NCBI GenBank assembly: GCA_030704615.1 | Contig: CM060733.1 | Location: 29,140,001-29,204,000, forward strand | Direction: 5' to 3' | Length of the DNA stretch: 64,000 nucleotides | Origin: Takakia lepidozioides | Taxonomy: Eukaryota > Plantae > Bryophyta | Shown here: positions 34,746 through 61,997 of the stretch, one piece after another | Layout: every line of letters starts with the position of its first letter | Numbering within the stretch: position 1 is the stretch's first letter | Made by a program: the position numbers and the translations under genes | The notes under the pieces: model-generated | The model's database searches: none | Told to the model about the DNA's origin: nothing | The model's input: only the letters and a program-made list of their open reading frames with translations

Positions 34746-36747
34746 TTCTGTCCTCTGCGCACTATCATTTCAGCCAACCCTATCTGCAAACCAGACCAAA
34801 ATGGCAGAAAAAAAAACTCACTTGACATGACATCAGAGCCCCGGATTGAAAGATCTCACTGGCTGTGCTCGCCATAGACCCCACCCTGAATTATTACCGA
34901 GCAGAAAGACGGGGAGAGGAGGGAGTAGAGCAGGGGGAGAGAGAGCGGACTGATGTCGTTGAATGCCTGTGTGAGGAAAGAATACTGTCACCACATTTCT
35001 TTCCGCGCGATTCAAGAGTCTGGAATCACTGCCGAATTGGATCTGAATTCTTAGGGTGCATTTGCGGATGAGGATGCCCCTTTACAACGTCCTGGAGAAG
35101 TCTGAGAGGTCGAAATCAAAAACAAGAATTTCATTGCCTTCATGCCGGAAGATCACGTGCATATATTCCATGCTTCCCTGCTGGCTTCAGGGACTCCCAC
35201 TTGGTCATCAAAGCCTGAAGAAAACCTCCAAGTATAAGTGTGCAGCACTTCAGCTTGTTTCTCAGTTAAGTGACTCTGAGGCCCAACCAACCTTGGCCTC
35301 AATCTCTCCCTACCACTTCTGCAGGATGTCCGAGAGGGAGAGCGAGAAAGAAGGATTTGAGTTGGCCGTCGCCTTGGCTCAGTTTGGAGGGAACAGAAGG
35401 TAGAGAAGGGCCAACCTGAATTTGGCCACCCCGACATACCTCGAGAACATGCCTGGAAGGAGGTAACGAAGGGCATGGTGAAGGAGGAAGGCATGTCCCC
35501 CACAGGTGCCAAAATCAACGCGGTTAAGCAGCTCTCTTTCCCTTCCTCCCCTTCCTCGTTACCGCTCTCTTCACAGAACGAAACATGGGTCCAGTTGGGG
35601 AACAATATTTAGAATAAGATAAAAACTGTAAGCAGAGATCTAGGGGAAGAACAGTTCGTCCAAAATCAATCAACCTACTGCAGCATTCAGCCACCGCAGT
35701 TACAGGTGCGGGCCAGAAGAGAAGAAGCATCAACCCGCCATCGCCCCAGGGAGAAGAGTCGAGTCCGCAGGCCCTTTTTCACAGCAGCTCCATATATCTA
35801 ACCACTTCAGCCCCTCTTCAGCGGCTTGGATAGCATGGTAAATATGTTGATGTGTGACAAGTTGTTGGACTCTCTCTCACAGGCGCCCGACAGATCCTAC
35901 AATGAGGATATATTCTGAAAACAGAGCACCAGAGGAGCATGGAAACCTTCCAATGGGTCTTGTGCATCTCTTCATACACGGCGTCTCTATTGCAAACGAG
36001 CTGTGCAGCTACAAACAAATTCTAGGGCAAGAGATGGGTAAATGCGAAGCCACACAGGCTGGCAGAGTATTATACTAAAATTTTCTGTGTGGTATTAAGG
36101 AAGAACTGTCTTTTCTGGAGTGATATAGCGTCCCACATTCTTGGGCGAATCCATAAGAGCATCTGGGAGTGTGGGAGATATGAATTGTTGAGATTGATTT
36201 GCGAGAAAGCTGGTTTCGAAAAGATAAAGAGATATATGATGCGGAAGACAGAATTTACTTTCCCGACTTCGACTTTGAATCAATGTGATTTTTGAACAGT
36301 TTCCTCTAAGCTCGACACCAATAGGCCATTACATCTCCCGACTCACAGCGTACTGATGAGCAGAACTGAGAGTTAAATGGACTCAGATTGGAAGGCAGAG
36401 GAGGAAGAGGCGTACCATGCATGGTTTAATTCTGTATGTTTTTCTCTCCGTGTTTAATTCAGTCCATGTTGCTGTGGTCTCTAATCTCTATTTCTGCCTG
36501 TGAAAGTTGGAGATTAGCATCTGGAGGCATAGCACTGGGTGCAGAAGAGGACTGTCTCGGAAGCAATGTGAATGAGCCTGTGGTACAGACTTGAGGTGAG
36601 TCAAAAACTGATGGGAGAATCTATGAAGAGCCATTCCTCCCGATTGACATCCAATCTTCACCCTTCTGCACTAGCATGAAAATGCTCATAGACTGCAGTT
36701 TTTCATCTTTCAGATGGCTAGTTGATAATCACTTCTGCTGATGCAGA

Positions 36748-51114
<14,367 letters not shown>

Positions 51115-52689
51115 GTCCAGGTATCTGACAATCTTGCTTCCTCGCACTTGTGCCTCTGACCAGCTAAGAAAACTTCAAACTGATTCAGGATACTCAAGTA
51201 ATTAGGCCCACTCATGTACTGCATTCACTTTTGTAAGATCAGTCCTGACAAAGAAATCAAGCAATGGAAGTTAGGCAGATAGTGGGTTCCAGGGGGAGGC
51301 CACATCCTGCATTGCTTCTGCTTCTGCTTTCCGGCTTAACACTGCTTTGCACGACTGTGTGTAAGGAAAGGACAAAGGGAAAGCGCACAACTATCAGTGG
51401 GGGATGCAAGTATATATAGGAGGAGGACAAACAAAGCTGTAGTCATAAATCTGTGCCTCTCATAGCTGTGTGCCCATGCAGACCGTGCACAGAGACACAT
51501 AGAGAGACGGATAGAAGGACGTCCGGTTGCCTATGCCAGTTGTAATCGTATCGGCTGGGGAGTATTTACGTTAATGAAGCTGGGCGAAGTCTCCCACTCA
51601 CTGTGATAGCTTGGGGACTGAAATGCCCATAACGCATTGCGAATTTCCGACCCATTTTTGGAGCTCAAATGAGACTAAGGAATTAAGTCAGCAAATGGAG
51701 GCCTTAAGCTGATAGCTGGAAATTTTAGGTGGAGACCGCAAAGCTCAGCTCACGATTTTGTTGCACGAACAAAGAATGTGGGACTTGATGGGCAAATCAT
51801 AACCAAAATTGGAGACGTGAGAATGGAGAGGGAAATATGAAAACATACTCCATTGTCGATGCGAAAAGCCCATGGGGGCTCCGGTTGCAGTTCTCCTGCA
51901 CTGTCCGTGCTGCGCCCCCTCTCCCTCTCCCTCCCTCTGTGCCCGCTGTTATCAGGAAATCTCGTTTTCCTGCTTAATTGAACTTATACCTCCTTTAATA
52001 TCTCTCACCCTCTCGTCGAACAAAATTGACCTGAGCTCAGAATCGCTATTTATCCTTAGCTCACACCAATTTCTTCCAGCACAATGAGGAAATGAAATGG
52101 TACTTAAGAGAGAGTGAGAACTGACACCAAATGTCTGTAGTCTGTACCTCTTCTGTTCGATATGAGAAGAAGAAATAATGCTACTGCGCTGTGGTTGAAT
52201 GAATGCAAAACCCCCAAATTGATGTTAAATCAGAGAATTAAACGTATCCCAACCCCCTCTGTGCTAGCGATAGAGTCTCCGGATTCCGTCTCAGACTCTC
52301 AAAAATTTCACTCAAAAGCCGTCTCTCTGCTCTCTCATTGGATCTCTCTCAATTCCGTGCACCTGCCTTGCACCAACTCCCGCAGAGTGGATTGCCAACG
52401 CAGAGCCTCAAGACAAGAGAAGGGAGGGTGGAATGCAAAAGGATCCCGTGCATGTAAACAGGACCGCCTCCGTCTTCCCCGCACGTCCCCGTCTCGCTTT
52501 TAGTAACGCTCGCTGGGCCCCGCCGTCGCTTTACTTCCGCGGCAAGTCTGCCACCCTCAATCAATCACTTTGCTCATTTTCATGTTCTTTTTCATTTTTT
52601 TTAAACTGGGGATGGAAGCTCATTCATACTTTCTTCTTCAAGTTCTTTTTCAATGGACGGAGACCTCGAATATGTGAACCAGAGTAAAT

Positions 52690-52865
52690 TCTGTGAAGTA
52701 AAGTAAAGTTTGTTTGAAGTCCAGTGAATTTACAGAGCCTACTGCTCAACACACAGCCCATGGAGGGGCCAGTGGACGGTTGAAGGCAGATGTTGAAGGA
52801 TTGAACCCAGGGTCACCCAGGTTGTGCACAGGCAAGGCACAAATACCCAACCACTGGGCTACCCA
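52690..52865 (-). mobile_element. tRNA-derived SINE
   Basis: Minus strand has an A box (tagcccagtggtt), a B box (gggttcaatcc), a body and a (CTTTA)n tail. The body repeats at ~53362-53458, with related heads at ~53222-53258 and ~57010-57063. Confidence 0.65.
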
Positions 52866-54429
52866 CTGCAACACCTACTCTTCCACATATGCCAAACGGT
52901 CAAAGATCCAAGACCCCACACGAGGCATTTGCACCAAACTTGGGGGGTGGGGGGGGGCTCCCTGGCTTCCACTGCCTGCCAGATCCAGTAAAAGGTACTT
53001 ACTTTAGACCAAATTGTGGTAAGAAAAACAATGCTCCAGAGTTACAGAGCTCACAAGGGTGTGCCGGGAAGAGACTCCCACCAACATGCAGAATCCAATT
53101 GCAAACCTTCCAAAGACATTCGGAAATTTTTGCAAGTCAAAATTTGAGCTAGACGTTTTTTCAAACATCACCCCAATTGATAATAATAATTTTTGATGCC
53201 TCACCTTTGTGACACCAAGGCTGGATTGAACCCACAGCCCCATTACCACTGGGCTACAACTTGGTTGTCGTCCCAATTGACATTATACATGTGCTCCCCA
53301 CTTCCTCCATTTCCCAAACGGAACCCTTCCGTCAAGAAGGAGATAAAGATGAAGTTTCTTTAATGTCCAGTGAATTTACAGAGTCTACTGCTCAACACAT
53401 AGGCCATCGAGGGCCCAATGGATGGTTTGAAGGCACATGTTGAAGGATTGTACCCAAGCTTGGAAGAATACCCACAAAATCGTATGTTTTGTGGCCAAAC
53501 GCATTCCCCAGGGTCAAACTCAAACTCAAATAAGGAGTAATTTGCAATTCCAAAAAAGGTTGAGAGGTGAGTTTCAAGCCCTAAAGTCACCGTCAAGAAC
53601 AAGAGTGGGATCGATGTTACCCAAGCTTTGATTCCAGAACAAGAATAGCAAAAGTGTATGACCAAAGCACAGAGTAAGATTTAATCCAGGATAGACCACC
53701 TTCCTTACCCGCATTGAAGAAAGGGCCTTCAGCCAAGGGTCATGAGTCAAGGGGGGTTGGTATCGCGTGTACAGCGTGAGCACAACCCACGGTCATGGGA
53801 GTTTTATGATTTTTTAACCTCGGTCATAGGAATTAGATAAGCGGATATAGAGGACTGGTGCATTTATACGATACATCTACACCAATCCAGTGAGGCGAAA
53901 CCTTCTGTAGTATAGCCAGAAACCTAAACCTATAGCGGCGGCGGCGAGTTTCGCATTGAAAAATACTTGGTGATATGGGCAGAAATCTAAGCAACGGTGG
54001 GTTTCGCACTGAGGAAAGAGAACCTTAAAAGAAAAAATATCGCAACAATTTCATGCAACGAAAACAAAATAGTTGCAGTTGATACAAAATACAATCCTAT
54101 TGCTATTGAAATGCGATGCTAAATAAAACTCGAAAAATATATTTGTTCCCTCGTCCGAAAATAACACCAAACACACAGTAAGTAGAAAATATAGCAATAT
54201 TGATCGAATGATTTATACGACAATATAGACAGAATAACAAATGAGAATACTTTTGCTTACTGAAATTTCTGTTAGGAACGGAGTTAACATGTACATCCGT
54301 CATTTATATCATCAATAAAACCAGGATATTTCTTCTTGTGCGGTGAATTTTAGCACCGCTCTGAGAAAATCTGAGATTGTTTCGCTTTGATAACATCAAT
54401 GTCAACAATTTTTAGTAATGAATTCAAAG

Positions 54430-55675
54430 ATTGAAAAAGATTTCTCAACACGAAACTCTTGTCTGTCAATGAATTTGTTCAAAACACTACATGCTTTTGA
54501 ACAAATATGGATGGATATGAACTAAATATTTGAAATACTTCGCCGTAACAAAAGAGTTTCTCAACACGAAACTCTTATCCGACTGTGGTTGTGTACAAAA
54601 ACCTACATACTTTTGAAAAAAATGGAGGGATGCGAACTCATGAGGGATTTGAACTCATTTGCAGTAAAAAAAAAATTCCTCAACACGAAACTTTTGTCTA
54701 ACAGTATTATGGTTTAAGCATGCTTTAGAACCAATATGGAGGGGTATGAACTGCTAGTTCGGTGTAGCAAAAAAGTTTCTCAACACGAAACTCTTCTCTA
54801 ACAAAGTTTTTCTTAAAAAACCTGCATGTATTTGGAACAATAGAGAAGGATACTAACTGAGGGATTTGAACTATTTCGCCTTGACAAAAGAGTTTCTCAA
54901 CATGAAACTCTCGTCTAACATTGTTTTGGTTCAAAAGCATGCACAAAAGACTGTATGCTTTTGAACCAATATGGAGAAATATGGACTGAGGGATTTGAGT
55001 TGCTTCGCCATAACAATAGAGTTTCTCAGCACGAAACTCTAGTCTGACAATAATTGTGTTAAAAAAAACTGCATCCATTTGAACAAATATGGAGGGCTAT
55101 GAATTGAGGGATTTGAACTCTTTGTCGTGACAAAAGAGTTTGTCAACACGAAACTCTAGGGTGACAGTGATTTTGTTCAAAACCCTCTATGCTTTTGAAA
55201 CAATATGGAGGGATATGAACTGAGGGATTTGAACTCATTTGCCGTAGCACAAGAGTTTCTCAATACGAAATTCTTGTCTGACAGTGGTTTTATTCGAAAA
55301 TTTGCATAATTTCCTCAACACAAAACTCTTGTCTGAAAGTGTTTTTGGAAGGATATGAACTGAGGGATTTGAACTGTTTGACCGTAAGAACAGTGTATTT
55401 CAACACGAAACTTACGTCTGACAGTGTATTCGTTCAAAAACCAGGATGCTTTTGAGACAATATAGAGGGATATGAATCGAAGGAATTGAACTGCTTTCCT
55501 ATAACAGAAGAGTTTTTCAACAAGAAACTCATGTATGACATTGTTCTTGTTCAAAAACTTGCATGCTGTTGAACCAATATTGAGAGATATCAACTAAGGG
55601 ATTTGAACTGCTTCGTCGTAACAAAAGAGTTTTTCAACACGAAACTCGTGTCTGACAGTGTACTAGTTCAAAAAC
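54430..55675. repeat. 117-bp tandem satellite (~11-12 copies) with a small hairpin
   Basis: caacacgaaact anchor at 54446, 54562, 54681, 54781, 54898, 55027, 55144, 55261, 55316, 55401, 55518 and 55635. Consensus unit contains agagtttc-tcaacac-gaaactct. Confidence 0.92.
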
Positions 55676-58600
55676 ATGTGCGATTTGCTCTGGGCATCTC
55701 GAGAATATTTTTCATATTTTTTCATGTTTGTGAGCATGCTAACTGCACGCTACCCAACCTCTCTTCAGGGATTAGAGTTTCCCACTGCAAATACATACCT
55801 CAATATGTAATTGTACTAGTTGTTAGGGGAAAGAGTTTCGCTCTACAAAAATATACATGGGTAGGGCCTTTAAAAGTGACCTATTCATCATTTCAGCTAC
55901 AGTGTGATTTCTTCTCAGGCTGGTTGGTACAGAGTTTCGCCGTGCGAAATTATCCATGGGTGATGATCTTAAATTTAAGGTTAGGCCTCACCACCCACTC
56001 TCGTGTCTGTTATGAAAAAGGCCTGATATCGTGTGAGCACAACGTGAGAAAAAACCACGCTTATAGGGTAACATGTTTATCAGGTATAGGGGCTACTTGT
56101 TCTTTATGTGTTAGTTTCGCAAAATTGTTAGTTTCGCCAATTCTGTTTCGCTGTGGAAATTTCGTGGAAATTCGGGGAATATGCCCTTGTGCTCATGCTC
56201 ACGCGCTACCTAACTCTTGAGTCAAGTAGTGCAAGTAAGACAAAAGAGGTGGGTTTAGCAAAGAATCCATGTCATGAGGGCATAGAGGTTTACAAGGTGG
56301 AGATTGAATACCTTGTACCTAGCACTTTGTTTCACTATGACATTCTGGGCCCTAGCTGTTGCCTCGTCTCCCCTTTGTCAAGCCGTCATGACCCTCAAGG
56401 TTATTTTGTCCTCATTTTATTTCTCTTTTTAATAAATTTACTCTCTCCTCTTTTTGAAAGAATAAGAAAAAGAAATTACAAATGAATCTATAGAACAACC
56501 AGATACTCTCAACATTTGAAAATAAAAATATAAAACCAAAATATGGTGCATACCAGTGTTAGGCGGGTACGTCACTCGGAACATGACCTACGGGCCCAGA
56601 CTTGTCAATATGAACATCGATTAGAAGTCCGCCAGGTCCAGGCTTGTGAGGATATTAAGATTTTTGTTGTCCGACGGGTATACATAATATATGCTAATTT
56701 TTTCATTGCCGGTCATGGATATAAAGGGTTTGTTATTATAAGAGCCCGCCGGTCGTGTGTAAGGGCAGGTCATGAATTTTATTTAAAATATATATTTTTA
56801 AATGACTGCAACTTCTCTAAAACATTTTGGGTCGCCCTCATCTAATTGAAAATCACCAATTGCTGAAGTACCTAAGTCATAATCCTCCCCCTTATTTCGC
56901 TTAAAAGTATGACGCCTCCCGAAGGGAGCGTAACTTATGGTGTCACTTCACCACAAAGGCTATTGCCTTCCAGCTGAAAGGTGGACACCTTCATGACACA
57001 CCAGACCGTGGTTTGAACCCACAACCACATCCAACGTGGTATGTGCCCATTACCACTGGGCTATTATTTCGCTAACTATCACTAGTCATCAATAACCTGG
57101 GCCATCTCTTCACATGCCCTCCTTGTTCTCACTCCACCAGGCCTGCCCGCCCCTCCCACACCTCTAACCCGCCTATGTAGAGCTTTTGGCGGGCCCTATG
57201 GATCCCTAACCGGCCTATACATGTCTTTGGGCGGCCCTAGGAAGAGCCAAACCCACCTAGGCAGGTCTTGGGCCGGGTAAGAGGTATAGATGGGCCCCGC
57301 GGTCGGGGCTGGACATACCTTGGTACATCCCTGGCTCTGACCTATATACCTGCCCAACAGTGGTGCATACCAGTGTTGGTCTTGTATGTGGGTTTCGCTG
57401 GGTATCAACCCGGGTATCTCATAACCTACCTATTGTTCTCTGTTCCCGGAAACTTTCGCAGTACCCTACCAAAAGGTTCTCGAGTTCCATAGCGGCCCCC
57501 CAAAACCTATCAGACGGTGGTTAGGGTTCTCCTTTCCCCACCCCCTCCTAGAGCTCGATTTGTTGCTGCAAATCTGGTAGGGTTTCATGTTGAAATGCAC
57601 ATATATACATTATGGATGCAGGGTTTCAATGGTTCTTCGGCGGCTTACTTACATCTGATTTTGAATTTGATACTAGTACCATATCCGAGTTCATATTTCC
57701 AGGTTATTGGCATTCAGATACCATTGTTCATATCCGGATTGATTTTTTTTTTAATACCACATGTGCATATTAGATTGATACTTGAAATTCAGAGGCTGCA
57801 TTATTGGAAAACCTACCTGCCTTACGAAAAAGTGGGCACTGCATACCAGGACCCTTATGGTATTTCCAATCCATTGGTGCATAAAACCATGTCCGGGCTT
57901 AAAAGTATCTCACTAGAAACTGAGGATTTGAGCCGAGGAGCCGACATTGCCAGAAACGGAGGTTGATTTCCCGTGAGCACAATGTGAGCAGAAAGACGTA
58001 AGCAGGGAAAAAAACAAGCGTGAGCACAATCCACGGTTATAGGGGTAATATGTTTGCAAACGGAAATATAAGTCATAGGTGGACATAGGCTCTTGAAATC
58101 ATATATTAAAAGAAGTGGGAAAAACAACCACCCTGGAGCCATGAAGGCTTACAGCAGGGGATACCACCCCGTGAAAAGGATTATGTTAATAGGGTCCGTT
58201 ATATGGTCTATGAGTATATTTTAGCTAAAACCCTATGTAAAACACAAATATTTAGTAGCAAAACACTACTTTTAATATTATAATATTATAAACAGCAGTA
58301 TTTTGCTAGCGAAACTACTTCAAAAATTTGTGCAAATACTTCAAAAATTTGTGCTCACTCGAGTACAATGAGTTTCATTGGTGACACAAACAAAAAAAAT
58401 CGAAAATGGAGAGCACAATGTGTTTGTTGACGAAACAACCCCCCCAAAAAGCGAAAATAAAAAGGATAGTTTCGCGTGAAGCATATTCTTAGGATATTTC
58501 AGGAATCTATATAATACTTTAGTTTGCTGGCATGAGTATGCTTACACCGGCATACTCATGAGTATGCTCACACACTACCCAGAAACTAGCAAATGTACAC

Positions 58601-58714
58601 TCAGATTGCACGCTTGCATTAAGTTCTTACATTATTACTGTTGTTTTCTGCAAGTTCAGTTGAAGTAATATCAAACAAGTAGTCAAAAGTGACATAAGGT
58701 TGTCGGTTGCAACT

Positions 58715-59130
58715 CTCACATCTACATTGGGGCATTTTGATGCATGGCGGACCTTCTTGGTCGTGCAGGGCAACTTGGAGAGGCAGAGGATTTTATTCAG
58801 AATATGCCAGTCCAAGCACATAGTCAGTGTGGGCTTTGCTTGGTGCCTATAATAGAACGTGCTGTTCTCAAGTTGAATCTCCAGCAAGCGGCATTGTAGG
58901 TGCTGCTATCAAACATCTATGCTGCAGCTGGCTGGTGGGATGATAGAGCAAAGGTGAAGAAATGATGGTGGACAGAGTTGTCAAAAGGAGTCAGGGCATA
59001 GCTCCATTGAGGTCGACATACCTTTGACAACAGATTCCAAAATCACATGTTCAACCTTATGCCTTCTACGAAATTGCCAACAAATTCCAAAACTGAAGAA
59101 GTTTGTGTCCAATACAAACTATTTTGTGCT
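58715..59130 (+). pseudogene. Decayed PPR S2-E1-E2 fragment
   Basis: CMADLLGRAGQLGEAEDFIQNMP...LLGA...VLLSNIYAAAGWWDDRAKVKK, with frameshifts and stops; convergent with the next PPR. Confidence 0.8.
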
Positions 59131-59307
59131 CCACTTGCATATGTATCAGGCATGTGCCCAGGTTCAACAAATAACTTCAGAAATCCTTGCAGCTCAGCAT
59201 ATACTTGATCAATTTCTCCGTGTCATCTACCATGAATGTATACTGGATCTCAACACAGCTTTGCACGTGGCTCCATGTGCTCTTCTGTCGGTTCCCCCAT
59301 CTTTTCG

Positions 59308-61080
59308 TTATTGTCTCACCTTGCAAGAGATTAGTTGCACAGGATGTGAACCCTGCTTGAGAAGGCCTTTGGCAGCACGTTCAGCTACCTCCACATTGCC
59401 ATGGGTTCTACAGGCAGCAAGCAAGGCACCCCACACTGAAGAATCCGGGTCAATTGGAGTTTGGTTTATCAAGTCCTCTGCCTCCTCCAGCCGCCCTGCA
59501 CGACCAAGAAGGTCTACCATGCACCCAAAGTGCTCTGCAGTAGGTGTTACACCATGATCTCGGCTCATGGAATCAAAGTAGTGGCGGCCTTCATCCACTA
59601 GGCCCACATGTCTACACGCAGAGAGAAGGGATATAAAAGTAACACCATCTGGCTTTAAGCCTTCCTGTTGCATTTGTTTGAATAGTAGCCGGGCCTCCCT
59701 ACAACACCCATGGTGGGCATATGCTGTGATCATGGCATTCCATGAGACTTTATCTCGCCCAGCTGAACTCTCGAACACTTCACGTGCATCCTTCATGCTC
59801 CCACACTTGGCATACATGTCTCCAAGTGCAGTCTCCAGGTTTTTATCTGAAGGTATTCCAGCTTTGATGATGTCAGCATGGATTTTCTTGCCCATTTCCA
59901 GGGCTCCAAGATTGGCACACGCATTGAGAACACCAGTAAATGTGAACCTGTCCGGCTTCACCCCTTCCTCATGCATTTTCCCATAGATCTCCAAAACTTC
60001 GTTACCAAACCCATGCTGAGCATATCCTGCGATCATGGCGTTCCATGATAAAACATTTCGTTTAGCCATATTGTCAAACACTCGACGGGCATCCTTTATG
60101 CTCCTGCATTTAGCATACATGTCCGTAAGTGCAGTCTCCAGAATAGTGTCCCATGCAATTCCAGCTTTGATTATGTCAGCATGAACGTCTCTACCCTTTT
60201 CCAAAGCTCCTATGCTACCACAAGCATTGAGAGCACAAATGAATGTGACCCTGTTGGGTATCACCCCTTCCCATTGCATTTGCTCATACATCTCCAAAGC
60301 CTCCCTGCCACACCCCTGCTGAGCATATCCTGCAATCATTGCACTCCAGGAGACAACATTTCGTTGAGCCATTTTGTCAAACACTTTATGCGCATCCTTC
60401 ATGCTCCCACACTTGGCATACATGTTAGCAAGGGCTGTCTCAAGAATGACATCTCTTGAAATTCCTGCTTTTATGATATCAGCATGGACCTCTTTGGCTT
60501 TTTCCCAGGCCCCGACGCTTGAACACGCATTCAGAATGCAGACGAAGGTGACCTTGTCAGGTGTCCCCCTTTCCCGTTGCAGTTGCTCATAGATTTTGAA
60601 AGCATCCTTTCCCAACCCATGCTTGGCATATCCTGCTATCATTATGTTCCAAGTAAAAATATCTCGTTCAGACATTTTATCAAACACTTGCCGTGCATCC
60701 ACCACACTCCCGCACTTGACATACATGTTCACAAGGTTGTTGAGTACCAAGATGTTTGGCCTGAATCCATTTTGAATAATGTGGGCATGCACCTGCTTTC
60801 CCTCTGCAAGGCCTTTCACATTGATGCACTCCTGCAAGACAGAGATGTAAGTCTGGGAATCTGCCTGAATGCATTGTTGGTTCAAATGATGCAGTGCCTG
60901 TTTCAGTCGTCCTGTCTTACATAATGTCCTCACTGACCTCAAAGTGTGCATAGAGTCCTTATGGAGTCCCTCTCGTGGTTGCCTTTCGCAAGCAGTGGCG
61001 ATGGTGGAAAAGCAATCTCTTCCACTGGTCTGATGACAAACTTGTTTCGCGTCCCACACAGCCCTCCTGCATGACTCCAA
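59308..61080 (-). CDS. PLS-class PPR protein truncated after E1 (no intact E2/DYW)
   Basis: Intact PLS array closely paralogous to 31768-34176; ends ...AERAAKGLLKQG plus a short unrelated tail. Decayed remnants (TFMVDD, YAELQ) at ~59170-59250. First in-frame ATG is at 60951, so the true start or upstream exon is uncertain. Confidence 0.85.
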   Translation of the reverse strand: MESCRRAVWDAKQVCHQTSGRDCFSTIATACERQPREGLHKDSMHTLRSVRTLCKTGRLKQALHHLNQQCIQADSQTYISVLQECINVKGLAEGKQVHAHIIQNGFRPNILVLNNLVNMYVKCGSVVDARQVFDKMSERDIFTWNIMIAGYAKHGLGKDAFKIYEQLQRERGTPDKVTFVCILNACSSVGAWEKAKEVHADIIKAGISRDVILETALANMYAKCGSMKDAHKVFDKMAQRNVVSWSAMIAGYAQQGCGREALEMYEQMQWEGVIPNRVTFICALNACGSIGALEKGRDVHADIIKAGIAWDTILETALTDMYAKCRSIKDARRVFDNMAKRNVLSWNAMIAGYAQHGFGNEVLEIYGKMHEEGVKPDRFTFTGVLNACANLGALEMGKKIHADIIKAGIPSDKNLETALGDMYAKCGSMKDAREVFESSAGRDKVSWNAMITAYAHHGCCREARLLFKQMQQEGLKPDGVTFISLLSACRHVGLVDEGRHYFDSMSRDHGVTPTAEHFGCMVDLLGRAGRLEEAEDLINQTPIDPDSSVWGALLAACRTHGNVEVAERAAKGLLKQGSHPVQLISCKVRQ

Positions 61081-61974
61081 AGTTGGTTACAAATCCTTGA
61101 CCCTTGAACTCAGAAACATCTGAATGCTCCTAGAAATTATCAGGAAATATTCCAGGCTTCTGGCTGAACACTAGCAGGGTTAGAAACCCCAGGGGTCACC
61201 TTCTTTGAACAAATCTATCTGCCTAACCGACCTTCCATCATCAACAGAACAATACCCATTGTATTCTTGGCTTGAATCTCCACGGTGTATAGAACCAACA
61301 CCAGATTGTACCCGACCTTGTCTGTTGGCAACTGACACTTCCACCCAAGGAGGGTTTGAACAACCCTCAATCCAAACAACCTTCTTTGTGCAAATGTGCC
61401 TAAAGTCTTGTATTCTTGGACTTGTCTGGGAAAACAACAAGTGTGCAGCTGAGCAGACATGGCTTCCCACAGATCACCAGGCTACAACCACCAAAGCTCC
61501 ACAACCATCCTTCCAAACACAACTGCAAACAAACCAACTTCCATGAACTAGCAATCTACTGATTCAACTGCAGCTGGTGTAACAAATAAAATACTAAATT
61601 GTCAAAAACTTGGCATCAAGACAGCTCACTTGGAAAAATTCACTGCTTTGTATCTTACAAAATGATTGGGTAACCATAGGGATAACCTCACCTCATCGGA
61701 CCTGTTACCCCACAATTGGCAAGGATTTGAGATAATTTTCGCCAAATTTACCCTCTGTTTATTGCTTAGCCTGCATGCAAACACCACTGAAACATAGATC
61801 TTGAGCAGCTCCTAATTACCTGAGTCTCGTTGAAGACTGCTACTATAGCTTTCTCTTCATTATCTCTCTCTCTCTCTCTCTCTCTCTGCCTCTCTTTTCC
61901 TCGAATGTGGCTAAGTTCTTGTAACAACACTCAAGAATTGCCTGATCCCTCTGGCTCTCTCTCTATCCTGGCTA

Positions 61975-61997
61975 TAAAGTACCATTTCATTTCATTT
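61975..61997 (+). mobile_element. 23-nt LINE family B tail insertion with 14-bp TSD
   Basis: taaagtaccatttcatttcattt is flanked by ctctatcctggcta at 61961-61974 and 61998-62011. Confidence 0.8.

Noticed and set aside
54430-55675. CRISPR-like hairpin repeat
   Set aside because: The whole 117-bp unit repeats, so it is a satellite.
58530-58590. Helitron 3' end (hairpin catgagtatgc/gcatactcatg then CTAG)
   Set aside because: The CTAG is ~25 nt from the hairpin and is not followed by T, and no 5' TC end could be assigned.
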